A DNA stretch of 64,000 nt from an uncultured Anaerolineales bacterium (GTDB lineage: Bacteria > Chloroflexota > Anaerolineae > B4-G1): contig CAYLPU010000013.1 of the NCBI GenBank assembly GCA_964385635.1, positions 2,558-66,557 on the forward strand. Reading direction: 5' to 3'. The translations under genes and the position numbers were made by a program. The notes beneath the pieces are model-generated. The model was not told the origin of the DNA, searched no databases, and saw only the letters and a list, made by a program, of their open reading frames with translations. Shown here piece by piece: positions 18,859-28,048 of this stretch (position 1 is its first letter; each line of letters begins with the position of its first letter).

Positions 18859-20040
18859 ATGGCACAAGCAGGCTACGAAGACCTCTTGAGCCGAATAGAA
18901 GAGACCGAGGTAGTGAACCTATGCCGCGATATGGTGCGCTTCAAGAGCGTCAACCCACCTGGTGACGAACTTGAGATCGCCGAGTACGTGGCTGATGTCC
19001 TTCGCGAAGCGGGCCTGACCGTTGAAGTAGTATCGCATACCCCAACCCGGGCCAGTGTGTTGGCCCGGCTGAAGGGCAGCGGCGAGGTGACACCCCTTCT
19101 GTACACCGGCCATCTGGACGTTGTGCCGATCGGGGCTGCGGAATGGCTACACGATCCCTTCGGGGGCGAGGTGGTCGAGGGCAGGCTCTGGGGACGCGGT
19201 TCCTCGGACATGAAAGGCGGCAACGCGTCCATAATCGCGGCGATAAAGGCTCTGGCAGCCGCCAACTTCCCTCTGAAAGGGGATATCATCCTGGCCTTTA
19301 CCGCTGGTGAGGAGGGCGAACAGTTGGGCGCTACGGCGTTAGCCTCCCGCCCTGACATAGCCCCTATACAGGCGGTGATCGTCGCTGAGCCGAGCCACAA
19401 CGACGTCTATATAGCCGAGAAGGGCGCTTTCTGGCTGAAGGTCACCACGCACGGCAAGACTGCCCACGGCTCAATGCCGCACCTGGGCCAGAACGCCATC
19501 ATGATGATGGTAGCGCTCTTGGGCGAACTGGATTCGCTGGCTGTCCCGTATGAGAAGCATCCTCTACTGGGTGACTTCACGTGCAGCGTGGACACCATCG
19601 CCGGTGGGGTAAAGACCAATGTGGTACCAGACCAGTGCGAGGTGACGATAGACCAACGCACCGTGCCTGGGCAGGACCACGGAGCCATCGCGCGTCAGGT
19701 GGAGGAACTCGTCGCCGATCTGGGCCGGCGGTTGCCGGGATTCCGTGCCTCGGTCGAAGTGGTCAATGACCGTGCGCCGGTGGCAACCTCAGCGCTTGAG
19801 CCAGTCGTTCAGCGCTTTTACGACGTGGTGGCCGAGGTGACGGGTGAGCGGCCTGTGCCTAAGGGTGTGAACTACTACACCGACGGGGTGGTGTTTGCGC
19901 CGGTGTTCAAGGCTCCCATGATCATCTGTGGACCGGGAGAGGCGGGGCTGGCGCACCAACCGAACGAATACGTGGAGGTACAGAAAATGGTCGAGGCAGC
20001 CAAGATCTTCACCCTGGCTGCTGTTCGCCTGCTCACATAA
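18859..20040 (+). CDS. M20A peptidase (ArgE/DapE/CPG2 family deacylase)
   Basis: YTGHLDVVP, GRGSSDMKGG, FTAGEEGEQ, GKTAHGSMPHLG. Starts 3 nt after the previous stop. Confidence 0.85.
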   Translation: MAQAGYEDLLSRIEETEVVNLCRDMVRFKSVNPPGDELEIAEYVADVLREAGLTVEVVSHTPTRASVLARLKGSGEVTPLLYTGHLDVVPIGAAEWLHDPFGGEVVEGRLWGRGSSDMKGGNASIIAAIKALAAANFPLKGDIILAFTAGEEGEQLGATALASRPDIAPIQAVIVAEPSHNDVYIAEKGAFWLKVTTHGKTAHGSMPHLGQNAIMMMVALLGELDSLAVPYEKHPLLGDFTCSVDTIAGGVKTNVVPDQCEVTIDQRTVPGQDHGAIARQVEELVADLGRRLPGFRASVEVVNDRAPVATSALEPVVQRFYDVVAEVTGERPVPKGVNYYTDGVVFAPVFKAPMIICGPGEAGLAHQPNEYVEVQKMVEAAKIFTLAAVRLLT

Positions 20041-20080
20041 CCACCGCTGGTAGTATAAGGTCGTGTGACCAGAAGGACTT

Positions 20081-20116
20081 GGGCGGGGCCCGCTGCGCTC
20101 TATAGCGGCCCCGCCC
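20081..20116. terminator. bidirectional GC-rich hairpin between convergent genes
   Basis: GGGCGGGGCC (20081-20090) pairs with GGCCCCGCCC (20107-20116). 10-bp perfect stem. Confidence 0.55.
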
Positions 20117-20140
20117 ATTTCTCATGAACAGAGGAGGTCT

Positions 20141-22987
20141 CTACACCGCGACCGCGGGCGCACGCTGGCGGGCGCGCAAGCGCACGATGGCCTTGGTGAT
20201 TTCAGCGGCGACGGCGGGGACCAGCAGCAGCGGCAGGACGACGGTCCATTCCCGTGCCCCCAGCGGCACCGTGCCGAAGATGGACTGGACGAAGGGGACG
20301 TAGATCACGCCGAGCAGCAGGACTATGGAGAGCAGCACGGCATACTGCATGTACTTGTTGCCAAAGACGCCCAAGTGGAACAGGGAGGCGCGCTCTGAGC
20401 GGGCGGTGTAAGCCCGCACCAGTTCTGAGGCCGAAAGTGTGACGAAGGCCATTGTCTGTGCCAGCGCCCCGCTCGACGGGTCCCAGGCCCAGCCGATGTA
20501 GTAAGCAGCCAACACGACCGCGGTGATGGCAACAGTCTGCACGGCCATGCCGACAACCATCAGACGGTTGATGATCGGCTCGCGCGCGGGACGTGGCGGC
20601 TGCTCCATGATGTCCGGATCGCCTTTCTCCAATCCCAACGCCAGCGCCGGTGCTCCATCGGTGAGCAGGTTGAGCCATAATAACTGGATGGCGGTCAGCG
20701 GCGGTGGCGAACCAGCCAGAGTAGCCAGGAAAATGACCATAATCTCGGCCATGTTGCACGAGAGCAGGTAGTACACAAACTTGCGGATGTTGGAGTAGAT
20801 GATGCGTCCCTGCTCAATGGCCGAGACGATGGAGGCGTAGTTGTCATCGGTGAGCACCATGTCTGCTGTCTCCTTGGACACGTCGGTGCCGGTGATGCCC
20901 ATCGCCACGCCGATAGAGGCACGCTTGAGAGCCGGCGCGTCGTTGACACCATCGCCGGTCATGGCCACCACGTGATCCCGCGCCTGGAGCGCCTCGACGA
21001 TGCGCACCTTGTGTTGGGGGGAGACGCGAGCGAAGACGTCCACATCTTCTATGCGCTCAACCAGTTGCTCGTCGGAGATGTCGTTCAACTCTGTGCCGGT
21101 GATCACCTCGCCGCCGGGCCGTAGCAGGCCGATCTCCTGCGCGACAGCACGGGCAGTGTCGGGATAGTCGCCGGTGATCATCATGCTGCGGATGCCCGCC
21201 TGCCGCGCTTTCTCTATCGCTGGCTTGACTTCCGGTCGAGCCGGGTCTATCATCGCCATCAGACCGATCAGCGTCAAGCCTTTCTCAATCTCGTCGGCGT
21301 TCGCCTGCTCGGGGAGCCAGTCCAGGTGACGATAGGCCACGGCCAGTACGCGCAGCCCCTCCCGTCCTAGATCGCGGATGGTATTCTCGATGTGCTGGCG
21401 CCGACCTGTCGTGAGCGGCACGTCTGCGCCATCCTCCAGGATACTGTCGCAGAAAGGTAGCATCACGTCGGGTGCACCCTTGACGTAGGCGACGTATTCG
21501 GGACCGTCGCCCTCCCCCGGCTTCTTGTCCTCCAGGCGGTGGATGGTGCTCATGCGTTTGCGTTCGCTATCGAAGGGCACTTCGGCCACACGGGGCAGCC
21601 GTTTTTCGACCTCGTCGCGCCACAGGCCGGCTTTAGCCGCTGCCACCACCAGCGCCCCTTCCGTCGGGTCACCCACCATGCGATATCGTTGACTGCCTTC
21701 CCCTTCCTCATTCCCCCCCGGTGGGGGGGATGAGGGTGGTTCCAGTCGAGCGTCGGAGCAAAGCAAGCCCCCGGTAAGCAGCGCCATCATTGCGGTGTTA
21801 TCGCGCGGGTCGGCCGGCTCCCCGTAGTTATCGAACGCGCCCTCGGGCTGATACCCCGCGCCGCTCACATCCAGCCGCAGGTTCGCCACGTAGAGCCGCA
21901 CGGCCATCATCTTGTTCTGGGTCAGGGTGCCGGTCTTATCGGAGCAGATGACGGTGGCACTGCCGAGCGTCTCCACCGCTGGCAGGCGGCGGATGAGGGC
22001 ATTGCGCCGCACCATCTCGCGCATTCCCAACGCCAGGCAAATGGTGACGACGGCCGGCAGCCCCTCCGGGACGGCGGCGATCGCCAGGCTGACCGCGATG
22101 ATAAACAGGTCCACGAGCTGCTGCCTGGTCTGCACCAGGTAGGGAATCAGCCCCTGGCTGGAAATGATAGACAAGGCGGTATTCTGGACAATCGCCTCAA
22201 TGAAGACAAGGCCACAGATGGCCATAGAACCCCAGCCCAGCCAGCGGCCCAGTTGGTCCAGGCGGCGCTGGAGAGGCGTGGCTTCCTTTTCGTAGGATTG
22301 GATCATCTCAGCGATGAGGCCGATCTGTGTCTGCATTCCGGTGGCGGCGACGATGCCTGCCCCTCGCCCGTAGGTGACCGTGGTGCCCATAAAGGCACTG
22401 TTGATCTGATCACCCAGGGGCACGTTCTCCGATAATACCACGTCGGCGATTTTCTCCACCGGCATCGATTCGCCTGTGAGCGACGCTTCGTCAATTCTGA
22501 GGTTGACGCTCTCGACGAGGCGCAGATCGGCCGGGATGTAGTTACCGGTTCCGATGAACACGATATCGCCCGGCACGAGTTCACGGGCCGGGATGGTGAT
22601 GCGGTGGCCATCCCGCAGCACGTGTGCATCGGGGGCAGCCATCTTTTTGAGCGCCGCCAGCGCTTCCTCCGCCTTGCTCTCCTGAACCACGCCCAGCACG
22701 GCGTTGAGGACAACGATGGTCATGATCGCGCTGGCCTCTATCACCTCCCCCAGCAGGAGGGAGATGACAGCGGCGACGATGAGCATAATGACGACGAAAT
22801 TGTCGAACTGGCCCAGCAGTAACTGCCAGAAGCCGGGCCGGGGCCGCTCGACCAGTTCGTTGGAGCCATATCGGGTTAGAAAAACCTCGGCTTCGGCGGC
22901 CGTGAGCCCGGCCGCCGGGTCGGTTCCCAGAGCCTCGGTCGTTTCCTGAACAGTACGGCTATGCCACGGAGTTTCCTCTGTAGCCAT
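20141..22987 (-). CDS. P-type cation-transporting ATPase (P2, Ca2+/cation type)
   Basis: [50 protein letters not shown]. Start at the ATG 22987, preceded by AAAGGAGTGC. The 43-codon upstream extension in the ORF track is unsupported. Confidence 0.9.
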   Translation of the reverse strand: MATEETPWHSRTVQETTEALGTDPAAGLTAAEAEVFLTRYGSNELVERPRPGFWQLLLGQFDNFVVIMLIVAAVISLLLGEVIEASAIMTIVVLNAVLGVVQESKAEEALAALKKMAAPDAHVLRDGHRITIPARELVPGDIVFIGTGNYIPADLRLVESVNLRIDEASLTGESMPVEKIADVVLSENVPLGDQINSAFMGTTVTYGRGAGIVAATGMQTQIGLIAEMIQSYEKEATPLQRRLDQLGRWLGWGSMAICGLVFIEAIVQNTALSIISSQGLIPYLVQTRQQLVDLFIIAVSLAIAAVPEGLPAVVTICLALGMREMVRRNALIRRLPAVETLGSATVICSDKTGTLTQNKMMAVRLYVANLRLDVSGAGYQPEGAFDNYGEPADPRDNTAMMALLTGGLLCSDARLEPPSSPPPGGNEEGEGSQRYRMVGDPTEGALVVAAAKAGLWRDEVEKRLPRVAEVPFDSERKRMSTIHRLEDKKPGEGDGPEYVAYVKGAPDVMLPFCDSILEDGADVPLTTGRRQHIENTIRDLGREGLRVLAVAYRHLDWLPEQANADEIEKGLTLIGLMAMIDPARPEVKPAIEKARQAGIRSMMITGDYPDTARAVAQEIGLLRPGGEVITGTELNDISDEQLVERIEDVDVFARVSPQHKVRIVEALQARDHVVAMTGDGVNDAPALKRASIGVAMGITGTDVSKETADMVLTDDNYASIVSAIEQGRIIYSNIRKFVYYLLSCNMAEIMVIFLATLAGSPPPLTAIQLLWLNLLTDGAPALALGLEKGDPDIMEQPPRPAREPIINRLMVVGMAVQTVAITAVVLAAYYIGWAWDPSSGALAQTMAFVTLSASELVRAYTARSERASLFHLGVFGNKYMQYAVLLSIVLLLGVIYVPFVQSIFGTVPLGAREWTVVLPLLLVPAVAAEITKAIVRLRARQRAPAVAV

Positions 22988-23155
22988 GCACTCCTTTGTT
23001 ATGGTGGTCAAAATATCAGCGCGGGCTTTACCCGCACTACCGGTCGCCACACAGTATAACGAGAAACGCGCCAGTGTCAAGCACTGGATCTTGAACAAGT
23101 CCGTCGCACGTTTCACACATCACGCATCACAACCCGACTTGCCATTCGTCGCTCG

Positions 23156-24136
23156 TCACTGTATCCCCCACCAATACATATCCGCTAGTTTCTGGTGTTC
23201 CTCCCGCAGCCGCACGTAACTCTCGTACCGATGCTGGCTCACCCGTCGCTCCTCCACCGCCTGCATGACCGCGCAGCCTGGCTCTACGGTGTGAGTGCAG
23301 TCGGAGAACTTGCAGTGGGCTACCAGCGGGGCGATGTCGGGGAAGTAGGCGTCTAACTCCTCCGGGTCCACGTCGAACAGGGCCAGGGCGCGGATGCCAG
23401 GTGTGTCGGCCACCCATCCGCCCGCGTCCAGCGGGACGAGTTGCGGCACGACGGTGGTATGGCGGCCCTTGCGGGTGGCCCGGCTCACGTCCTGCACCCG
23501 TAGCCCCAGGCCAGGCTGTATCGCGTTGAGCAGGCTGGTCTTGCCCGCGCCGGATGGGCCCACGAGCGCCGAAAGTTTCCCCTGCAGCGTGTCGCGTAGT
23601 TCGTCCACTCCCTCACCGGTGACAGCGCTGGTGTAGAGCACCGGGTAGCCGATCTCCTGGTAAATACCGAAGAGCGTTCGTGCTTTCTGGGAACCCGCCA
23701 GGTCAATCTTGTTGACGCACACGACGGCAGGGATATGCTGTATCTCGGTTCCCACCAGCAACCGGTCGAGCATACGTAGATTTGGGGGAGGTTCCGCGCA
23801 GGAGAAGACAAAGATCGCCTGATCGGGGTTAGCGACGATGACCTGCTCCCGTTCGGCCAGGTAGCCATCCCGATCCCAGCGACGGGAGCCGCGCCCACGA
23901 GGTAGCGGGGCCAGCCGCGCCAGCGCCCGTTCCCGCGCGGCGATCTCTTCGATCATCCCGCTGCCGTCTTCGGCCAGGCTGATGCGCACCCGGTCTCCGA
24001 CTGCCACCAGGTCGGTGTCGCGCCGCTTCTGCTTGAGCCGCCCCCGCACCTGGCAGACAAAATCACCGGCATCGGTGTGAATGGTGAAAAAACCACTCTG
24101 TGCCTTGATGATCAGGCCGTCGAGCAGATCAGGCAT
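23156..24136 (-). CDS. rsgA: ribosome small-subunit-dependent GTPase A
   Basis: Circularly permuted GTPase motif order (VCVNKIDL before GPSGAGKTSLLN). C-terminal zinc knuckle CKFSDCTHTVEPGCAV. Confidence 0.9.
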   Translation of the reverse strand: MPDLLDGLIIKAQSGFFTIHTDAGDFVCQVRGRLKQKRRDTDLVAVGDRVRISLAEDGSGMIEEIAARERALARLAPLPRGRGSRRWDRDGYLAEREQVIVANPDQAIFVFSCAEPPPNLRMLDRLLVGTEIQHIPAVVCVNKIDLAGSQKARTLFGIYQEIGYPVLYTSAVTGEGVDELRDTLQGKLSALVGPSGAGKTSLLNAIQPGLGLRVQDVSRATRKGRHTTVVPQLVPLDAGGWVADTPGIRALALFDVDPEELDAYFPDIAPLVAHCKFSDCTHTVEPGCAVMQAVEERRVSQHRYESYVRLREEHQKLADMYWWGIQ

Positions 24137-24221
24137 TGAATCTACGATTCACGTTTCACGTGCCCCTTGTGGAAACTGTCACCGCTCACCACGCCGCCCC
24201 CTGCGAGACTGAAGTGCGCTC

Positions 24222-24250
24222 AGTATAACCGCATCTGGCTCTTCTGTCAA
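24222..24250 (-). promoter_or_regulatory. sigma70-like promoter of rsgA
   Basis: The minus strand reads TTGACA (24250-24245), 17-nt spacer, TATACT (24227-24222). Confidence 0.55.
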
Positions 24251-24290
24251 TAAATGTCTCTTGGTGTCTTCTCAAAAAGTTGGGGCGAAA

Positions 24291-24341
24291 GTAGGTCGGA
24301 TTTGCTATCCGACCCTGTGGCGGTTAGCAAAACCGCCCTAC
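24291..24341. repeat. REPIN-like doublet of two related hairpins
   Basis: GTAGG-TCGGATTTGCTATCCGA-CCCTGT-GGCGGTTAGCAAAACCGCC-CTAC. The two 6-7 bp hairpins are inverted relatives of each other, bracketed by GTAGG/CCTAC as in the 29-nt palindrome. Confidence 0.6.
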
Positions 24342-24387
24342 GCTGCCCTTGCCCCAAGATATTGAGAAGATATGTCTCTTGCCTGGG

Positions 24388-24415
24388 TTGACAACTTGGC
24401 GCTTGCAGTTACAAT
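24388..24415 (+). promoter_or_regulatory. sigma70-like promoter giving a leaderless or near-leaderless mRNA
   Basis: TTGACA (24388-24393), 16-nt spacer, TACAAT (24410-24415). The ATG at 24425 lies only 9 nt after the -10 and has no SD. Confidence 0.55.
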
Positions 24416-24424
24416 GGATCAACG

Positions 24425-25714
24425 ATGCAGACCTTGTTCCGCAACAGCCTGAGATGGGTCGCCTACGTCGCATTGTTATCCATCGCACTAGCCGGCTGTC
24501 TCAGACGTCCAGTTCCTACCCCCGGCCCAACTTCATCGCCCTACCCGACGCCGTACGCCATCTACCTGCCAGGCATCGGCAGAGGCGGGGTCACCCCGCC
24601 CCTACGCGCTACCGCCACGCCTCCCCCAACGGTACTTGCGCTGACCAAACAACCCCCCTCCAGCCCCACACCGCTACCGCCCCCGGTCCCTAAACCCGGC
24701 TACGGTGTGCAAGTGCACCTCTTCGCAGGCGATATGATGGAGACCCTGCGCTGGGCGCAAGGATTGGGCGTCGGGTGGGTCAAGCAACAGGTGGAATGGC
24801 ACGCCATTGAGCACGGGCCAGACAACTTCGAGTGGGAACCGCTGGACCGCGCCGTGGAAGCGTGCAACGGCTTTGGCTTCAAACTGCTGCTCAGCGTGGC
24901 CCACGCCCCCGACTGGACCCGCGCTTCCGAACTGGAAAGCGGCCCCCCGGCCGACTACGCTGAATTTGGCCGCTTCATGGGACAACTGGCGACCCGCTAC
25001 CGGGGCCGTGTGGCGGCCTACGAACTATGGAACGAGCCCAACCTGGCCCGCGAGTGGCGGGGCGATCGCCTGGACCCGGCCCGCTTCGTCGCGCTAGTCG
25101 CCGCAGGGGCCGCGGGCGTGCGGGCCGCCGACCCGGACGGGCTGGTCATCAGCGGCGCACCGGCCGTCACCGGTATCAACGATGGCGTGGAAGCGATTGA
25201 CGATCGCATCTTCCTGCGCGGGATGTATGAGGCTGGTGTCGCCCAGTGGGTGGACGGCATCGGCGCTCACCCCTACGGATTCGCCAACCCGCCAGACGAG
25301 AGTTGGCAGGATACCAGGCACGTTGCCTCCAGTCACAACAGCCACCCCAGTTTCTTCTTCCGTGACACACTGGAGGATTACCACGCCATCATGCTCGCTT
25401 TCGGCGACACCGAACATCAGATCTGGATTACCGAATTCGGCTGGTCTTCGACTGAGGAGATGGGGCAGATGGACACGACCGGCTGGGAGTACGCGCGGGA
25501 GGTCAGCGAGGCCCAACAGTCAGACTACGTCGTGCGCGCCTTTCGGATGGGGGACGAGCGGCTGTGGGTGGGGCCGATGTTTCTGTGGAACCTGAACCTG
25601 GCGGCTATCTGGGGACCAGGAGACCCAGTCTCCGCCTATAGCCTGCTGCGACCCGATGGCTCCTACCGCCCGGCCTACATCGGACTGCGCCTGGCAGAGC
25701 CGCTAGGACAGTAG
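24425..25714 (+). CDS. secreted lipoprotein glycoside hydrolase, clan GH-A (GH5/GH39-like)
   Basis: Signal peptide with lipobox LAGC and a Pro/Thr-rich linker. Contains LWNEPN (acid/base Glu context) and ITEFGWSS (nucleophile Glu context). Confidence 0.75.
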   Translation: MQTLFRNSLRWVAYVALLSIALAGCLRRPVPTPGPTSSPYPTPYAIYLPGIGRGGVTPPLRATATPPPTVLALTKQPPSSPTPLPPPVPKPGYGVQVHLFAGDMMETLRWAQGLGVGWVKQQVEWHAIEHGPDNFEWEPLDRAVEACNGFGFKLLLSVAHAPDWTRASELESGPPADYAEFGRFMGQLATRYRGRVAAYELWNEPNLAREWRGDRLDPARFVALVAAGAAGVRAADPDGLVISGAPAVTGINDGVEAIDDRIFLRGMYEAGVAQWVDGIGAHPYGFANPPDESWQDTRHVASSHNSHPSFFFRDTLEDYHAIMLAFGDTEHQIWITEFGWSSTEEMGQMDTTGWEYAREVSEAQQSDYVVRAFRMGDERLWVGPMFLWNLNLAAIWGPGDPVSAYSLLRPDGSYRPAYIGLRLAEPLGQ

Positions 25715-25768
25715 GAATCTATCCTACGCGGAGTCTATTATAGCATCACAGCCAGTAGGCGCAAAAAC

Positions 25769-28015
25769 TCACGGCTGCGGCGTGGGCGTGGGCGTGGGCG
25801 GCACGTACCCCTCCTCCGCCTGGGGTGGCAGCGGGGAAATAGGCAGGCCGTAGTAGGCTTCCACGACCTGGCGTACCAACGGCGCGGCCACGCTTGAGCC
25901 CTCACCCGCGTTCTCCACTAGCACGACGATGGCGATCTCCGGGCTATCGGCCGGGGCGTAGGCGGCAAACCAGGAATGGGGAATGGTGTCTGGCCCGCCG
26001 ACCTCGGCCGTGCCAGTCTTGCCAGCGACGGGGATGCTCAACCCGGCGAAACGATGAGGCGCGGTCCCGATGCTCTTGGTCGTCACACCCAGCAGTGCCT
26101 CCTGAATGGCCGTCAGGTGCTCCGGGCTGATCGGAAGCGTGCCGACAGCCTGGGGCTGGGTCACCTGCTCAGGCTGCGTGTCTCCAGCCGGGCTGATACG
26201 CTCGATGATGTAGGGGCGGTAGAGCGTGCCGCCGTTGGCCACCGCCGCTATCATGCGCGCCACCTGCAGCGGCGTCACCAGCAAATACCCCTGCCCGATG
26301 GAAATGTTGATCGTGTCTCCCACCCACCAGGCTTCGTCGACAGTGTCGGCCTTCCAGGTGGGATCGGGCATCAGCCCCCCCTCCTCGAGCACCCCTTCCA
26401 GCCCTGTCGGCTCACCGAACCCGAAGCCCCGCCCGAAGCGGGGGAGCACATCTGGCCCCACCCCGTCGAGCGTCTGCCCCACGGCGTAAAACACGACGTC
26501 ACACGATGCCGTCAGGCCGTCTTTGAGGCTGATTTCGCCGTGCCCATCCGTTTTCCAGCAACCCTTGCGGGACGCCGGCCCCAACCCCTCCCAGTAACCG
26601 GGGCAGTGGAAGATGGTATGATCCGGGTCCATCCCCGCTTCCTCCATTGCCGCCGCTATCGTGATAATCTTGAAGACAGAGGCGAGGGGATAGGTACCCT
26701 GGGTGGCGCGGTTGAAGAGCGGGCGGCGGGGGTCGGACAGAATCTGGGAGCGACCCATCACGCCGGCCGGTCCGACGAAGATGTTGGAGTCGAAGCCAGG
26801 GCCGCTGACCAGCGCCCGCACAGCGCCGCTATGTACGTCGAGCACGACGATAGCGCCCTTGCGACCGCCCAGGATCTGCTGCACCTGCTCCTGGAAGCCG
26901 CGGTCGAACGTGGTATAGATGGCACGGCTGGGTGTGGCAGACTGCTCTGCCACCGTGGCGACCTTTTCCCCTGCCGAGGTAACGACGGTAAGCGTGCCCC
27001 CGTGCCGGCCGGCGAGGATCTCCTCTCCCTGGGCTTCCAGCCCCGACACGCCCACCCACTCGTCGCCCCGGTAGCCCTGGGCGCGGTAGGTCTCCAGTCG
27101 CTCGGCCGGCACGGGGGCCACCCAGCCGATAACGTGCGGCGCTCCACTGCCGTGGGGATAGATGCGCCCATCCTTCTCGTCCCGATAGATGCCGGGGATG
27201 GAGGCCAACAGGTCGTTGTGGTCCACGCTGACCTCAGCGGGGATGTCGGCGACAGGCACCTTCCATTCGGCGGGAGCGCCGGCGTACCGGCTGCGTAGCT
27301 CATCCGGGGACAGCCCTGTGACCAGTACCAACGCCGCCAGGAGTGCGTTCTCATCCTCAATCTGGCCGGGGATGACGCCAATGGTGACGATGATGCCTTC
27401 GGTCGCCAGGCCCAGTCCAGCGCGGTCGTAGATGTTGGCGCGGACGGGGGTAGTGTACTCCATGCGGAAGTAATGCCCGTCCGCCAACTGTGGCCAGATC
27501 AGTCCCGCGTCCCAGGCCACCCACCATTGCCCCTCGTGCAAACTGAGCGACATAACTGTGTCGGTGATCAACGTGCCCACCAGCGCGGTGTCCAACCCCA
27601 GCCGGAAGGAGACGTAGGCATGCTCCCCCTCCTCCAGTGTGGACTGGAGGCGCGTGGTGACAGTGATCACGGTACCATTGGCCATAGCACCCTGGTAACG
27701 CTGGGCGAAACTCTCGGCGTCCATACCAGCCCGGACAGCAGGGGAGAGGCGGGCGTACATCGTCGCGTAGTCGCCCATCTGCCAGGCGTCCAGGAAAGCG
27801 GTGGCGGTCGCGTCGGGAGAGGGCGGCAGGGGGGTGTTGGTTGGTTGGATGGTTGGAGGGATGGTTGGTTGGTTAGTTGGTCTGATGGGCGGGGGACTGC
27901 TGCAGCCCGCCAGTAGGAGCACGGTCAGGATAACGGATTGTAGATAACGGACTATGGATTGCGGATAACGGATTGCAGATAACGGATTTGGTTTTCGAAA
28001 CTTGTTATTCGTCAT
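25769..28015 (-). CDS. class B penicillin-binding protein (PBP2-like transpeptidase) with N-terminal NTF2-like domain
   Basis: Lipobox LLAGCSS, ASVFK (SxxK) and KTGTAE (KTG). 748 aa, lying downstream of maf. Confidence 0.85.
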   Translation of the reverse strand: MTNNKFRKPNPLSAIRYPQSIVRYLQSVILTVLLLAGCSSPPPIRPTNQPTIPPTIQPTNTPLPPSPDATATAFLDAWQMGDYATMYARLSPAVRAGMDAESFAQRYQGAMANGTVITVTTRLQSTLEEGEHAYVSFRLGLDTALVGTLITDTVMSLSLHEGQWWVAWDAGLIWPQLADGHYFRMEYTTPVRANIYDRAGLGLATEGIIVTIGVIPGQIEDENALLAALVLVTGLSPDELRSRYAGAPAEWKVPVADIPAEVSVDHNDLLASIPGIYRDEKDGRIYPHGSGAPHVIGWVAPVPAERLETYRAQGYRGDEWVGVSGLEAQGEEILAGRHGGTLTVVTSAGEKVATVAEQSATPSRAIYTTFDRGFQEQVQQILGGRKGAIVVLDVHSGAVRALVSGPGFDSNIFVGPAGVMGRSQILSDPRRPLFNRATQGTYPLASVFKIITIAAAMEEAGMDPDHTIFHCPGYWEGLGPASRKGCWKTDGHGEISLKDGLTASCDVVFYAVGQTLDGVGPDVLPRFGRGFGFGEPTGLEGVLEEGGLMPDPTWKADTVDEAWWVGDTINISIGQGYLLVTPLQVARMIAAVANGGTLYRPYIIERISPAGDTQPEQVTQPQAVGTLPISPEHLTAIQEALLGVTTKSIGTAPHRFAGLSIPVAGKTGTAEVGGPDTIPHSWFAAYAPADSPEIAIVVLVENAGEGSSVAAPLVRQVVEAYYGLPISPLPPQAEEGYVPPTPTPTPQP

Positions 28016-28048
28016 TCGTCATTCGTCATTCGTCATTCGTCATTGGTC
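28007..28048. repeat. heptanucleotide tandem repeat (ATTCGTC)x5 plus ATTGGTC
   Basis: Five perfect 7-nt units at 28007-28041 and one degenerate unit. On the coding (minus) strand this reads (GACGAAT)n. It contains both the maf stop (28033-28035) and the PBP start (28013-28015). Confidence 0.95.

Noticed and set aside
22988-23116. N-terminal extensions in the ORF track (ATPase 22988-23116, Maf 28705-28770, hydrolase 3680-3850, antitoxin 42438-42635, permease 50748-50795, ATPase 52748-52813, FGGY kinase 11077-11139)
   Set aside because: In each case an internal start has a properly spaced GGAGG-type SD and matches the family N-terminus. The extension either lacks an SD, runs through a promoter or terminator, or is read out of a repeat element.
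27925-28048. Cluster of DnaA-box-like 9-mers (TTATCCGCA, TTATCTACA, TTATCTGCA) beside the heptamer repeat, considered as a possible oriC
   Set aside because: Every box has 1-2 mismatches to TTATCCACA and all lie inside the first 25 codons of the PBP gene. There is no AT-rich 13-mer unwinding element and no dnaA/dnaN nearby. The pattern is better explained as part of the 7-nt-phased simple-sequence family.
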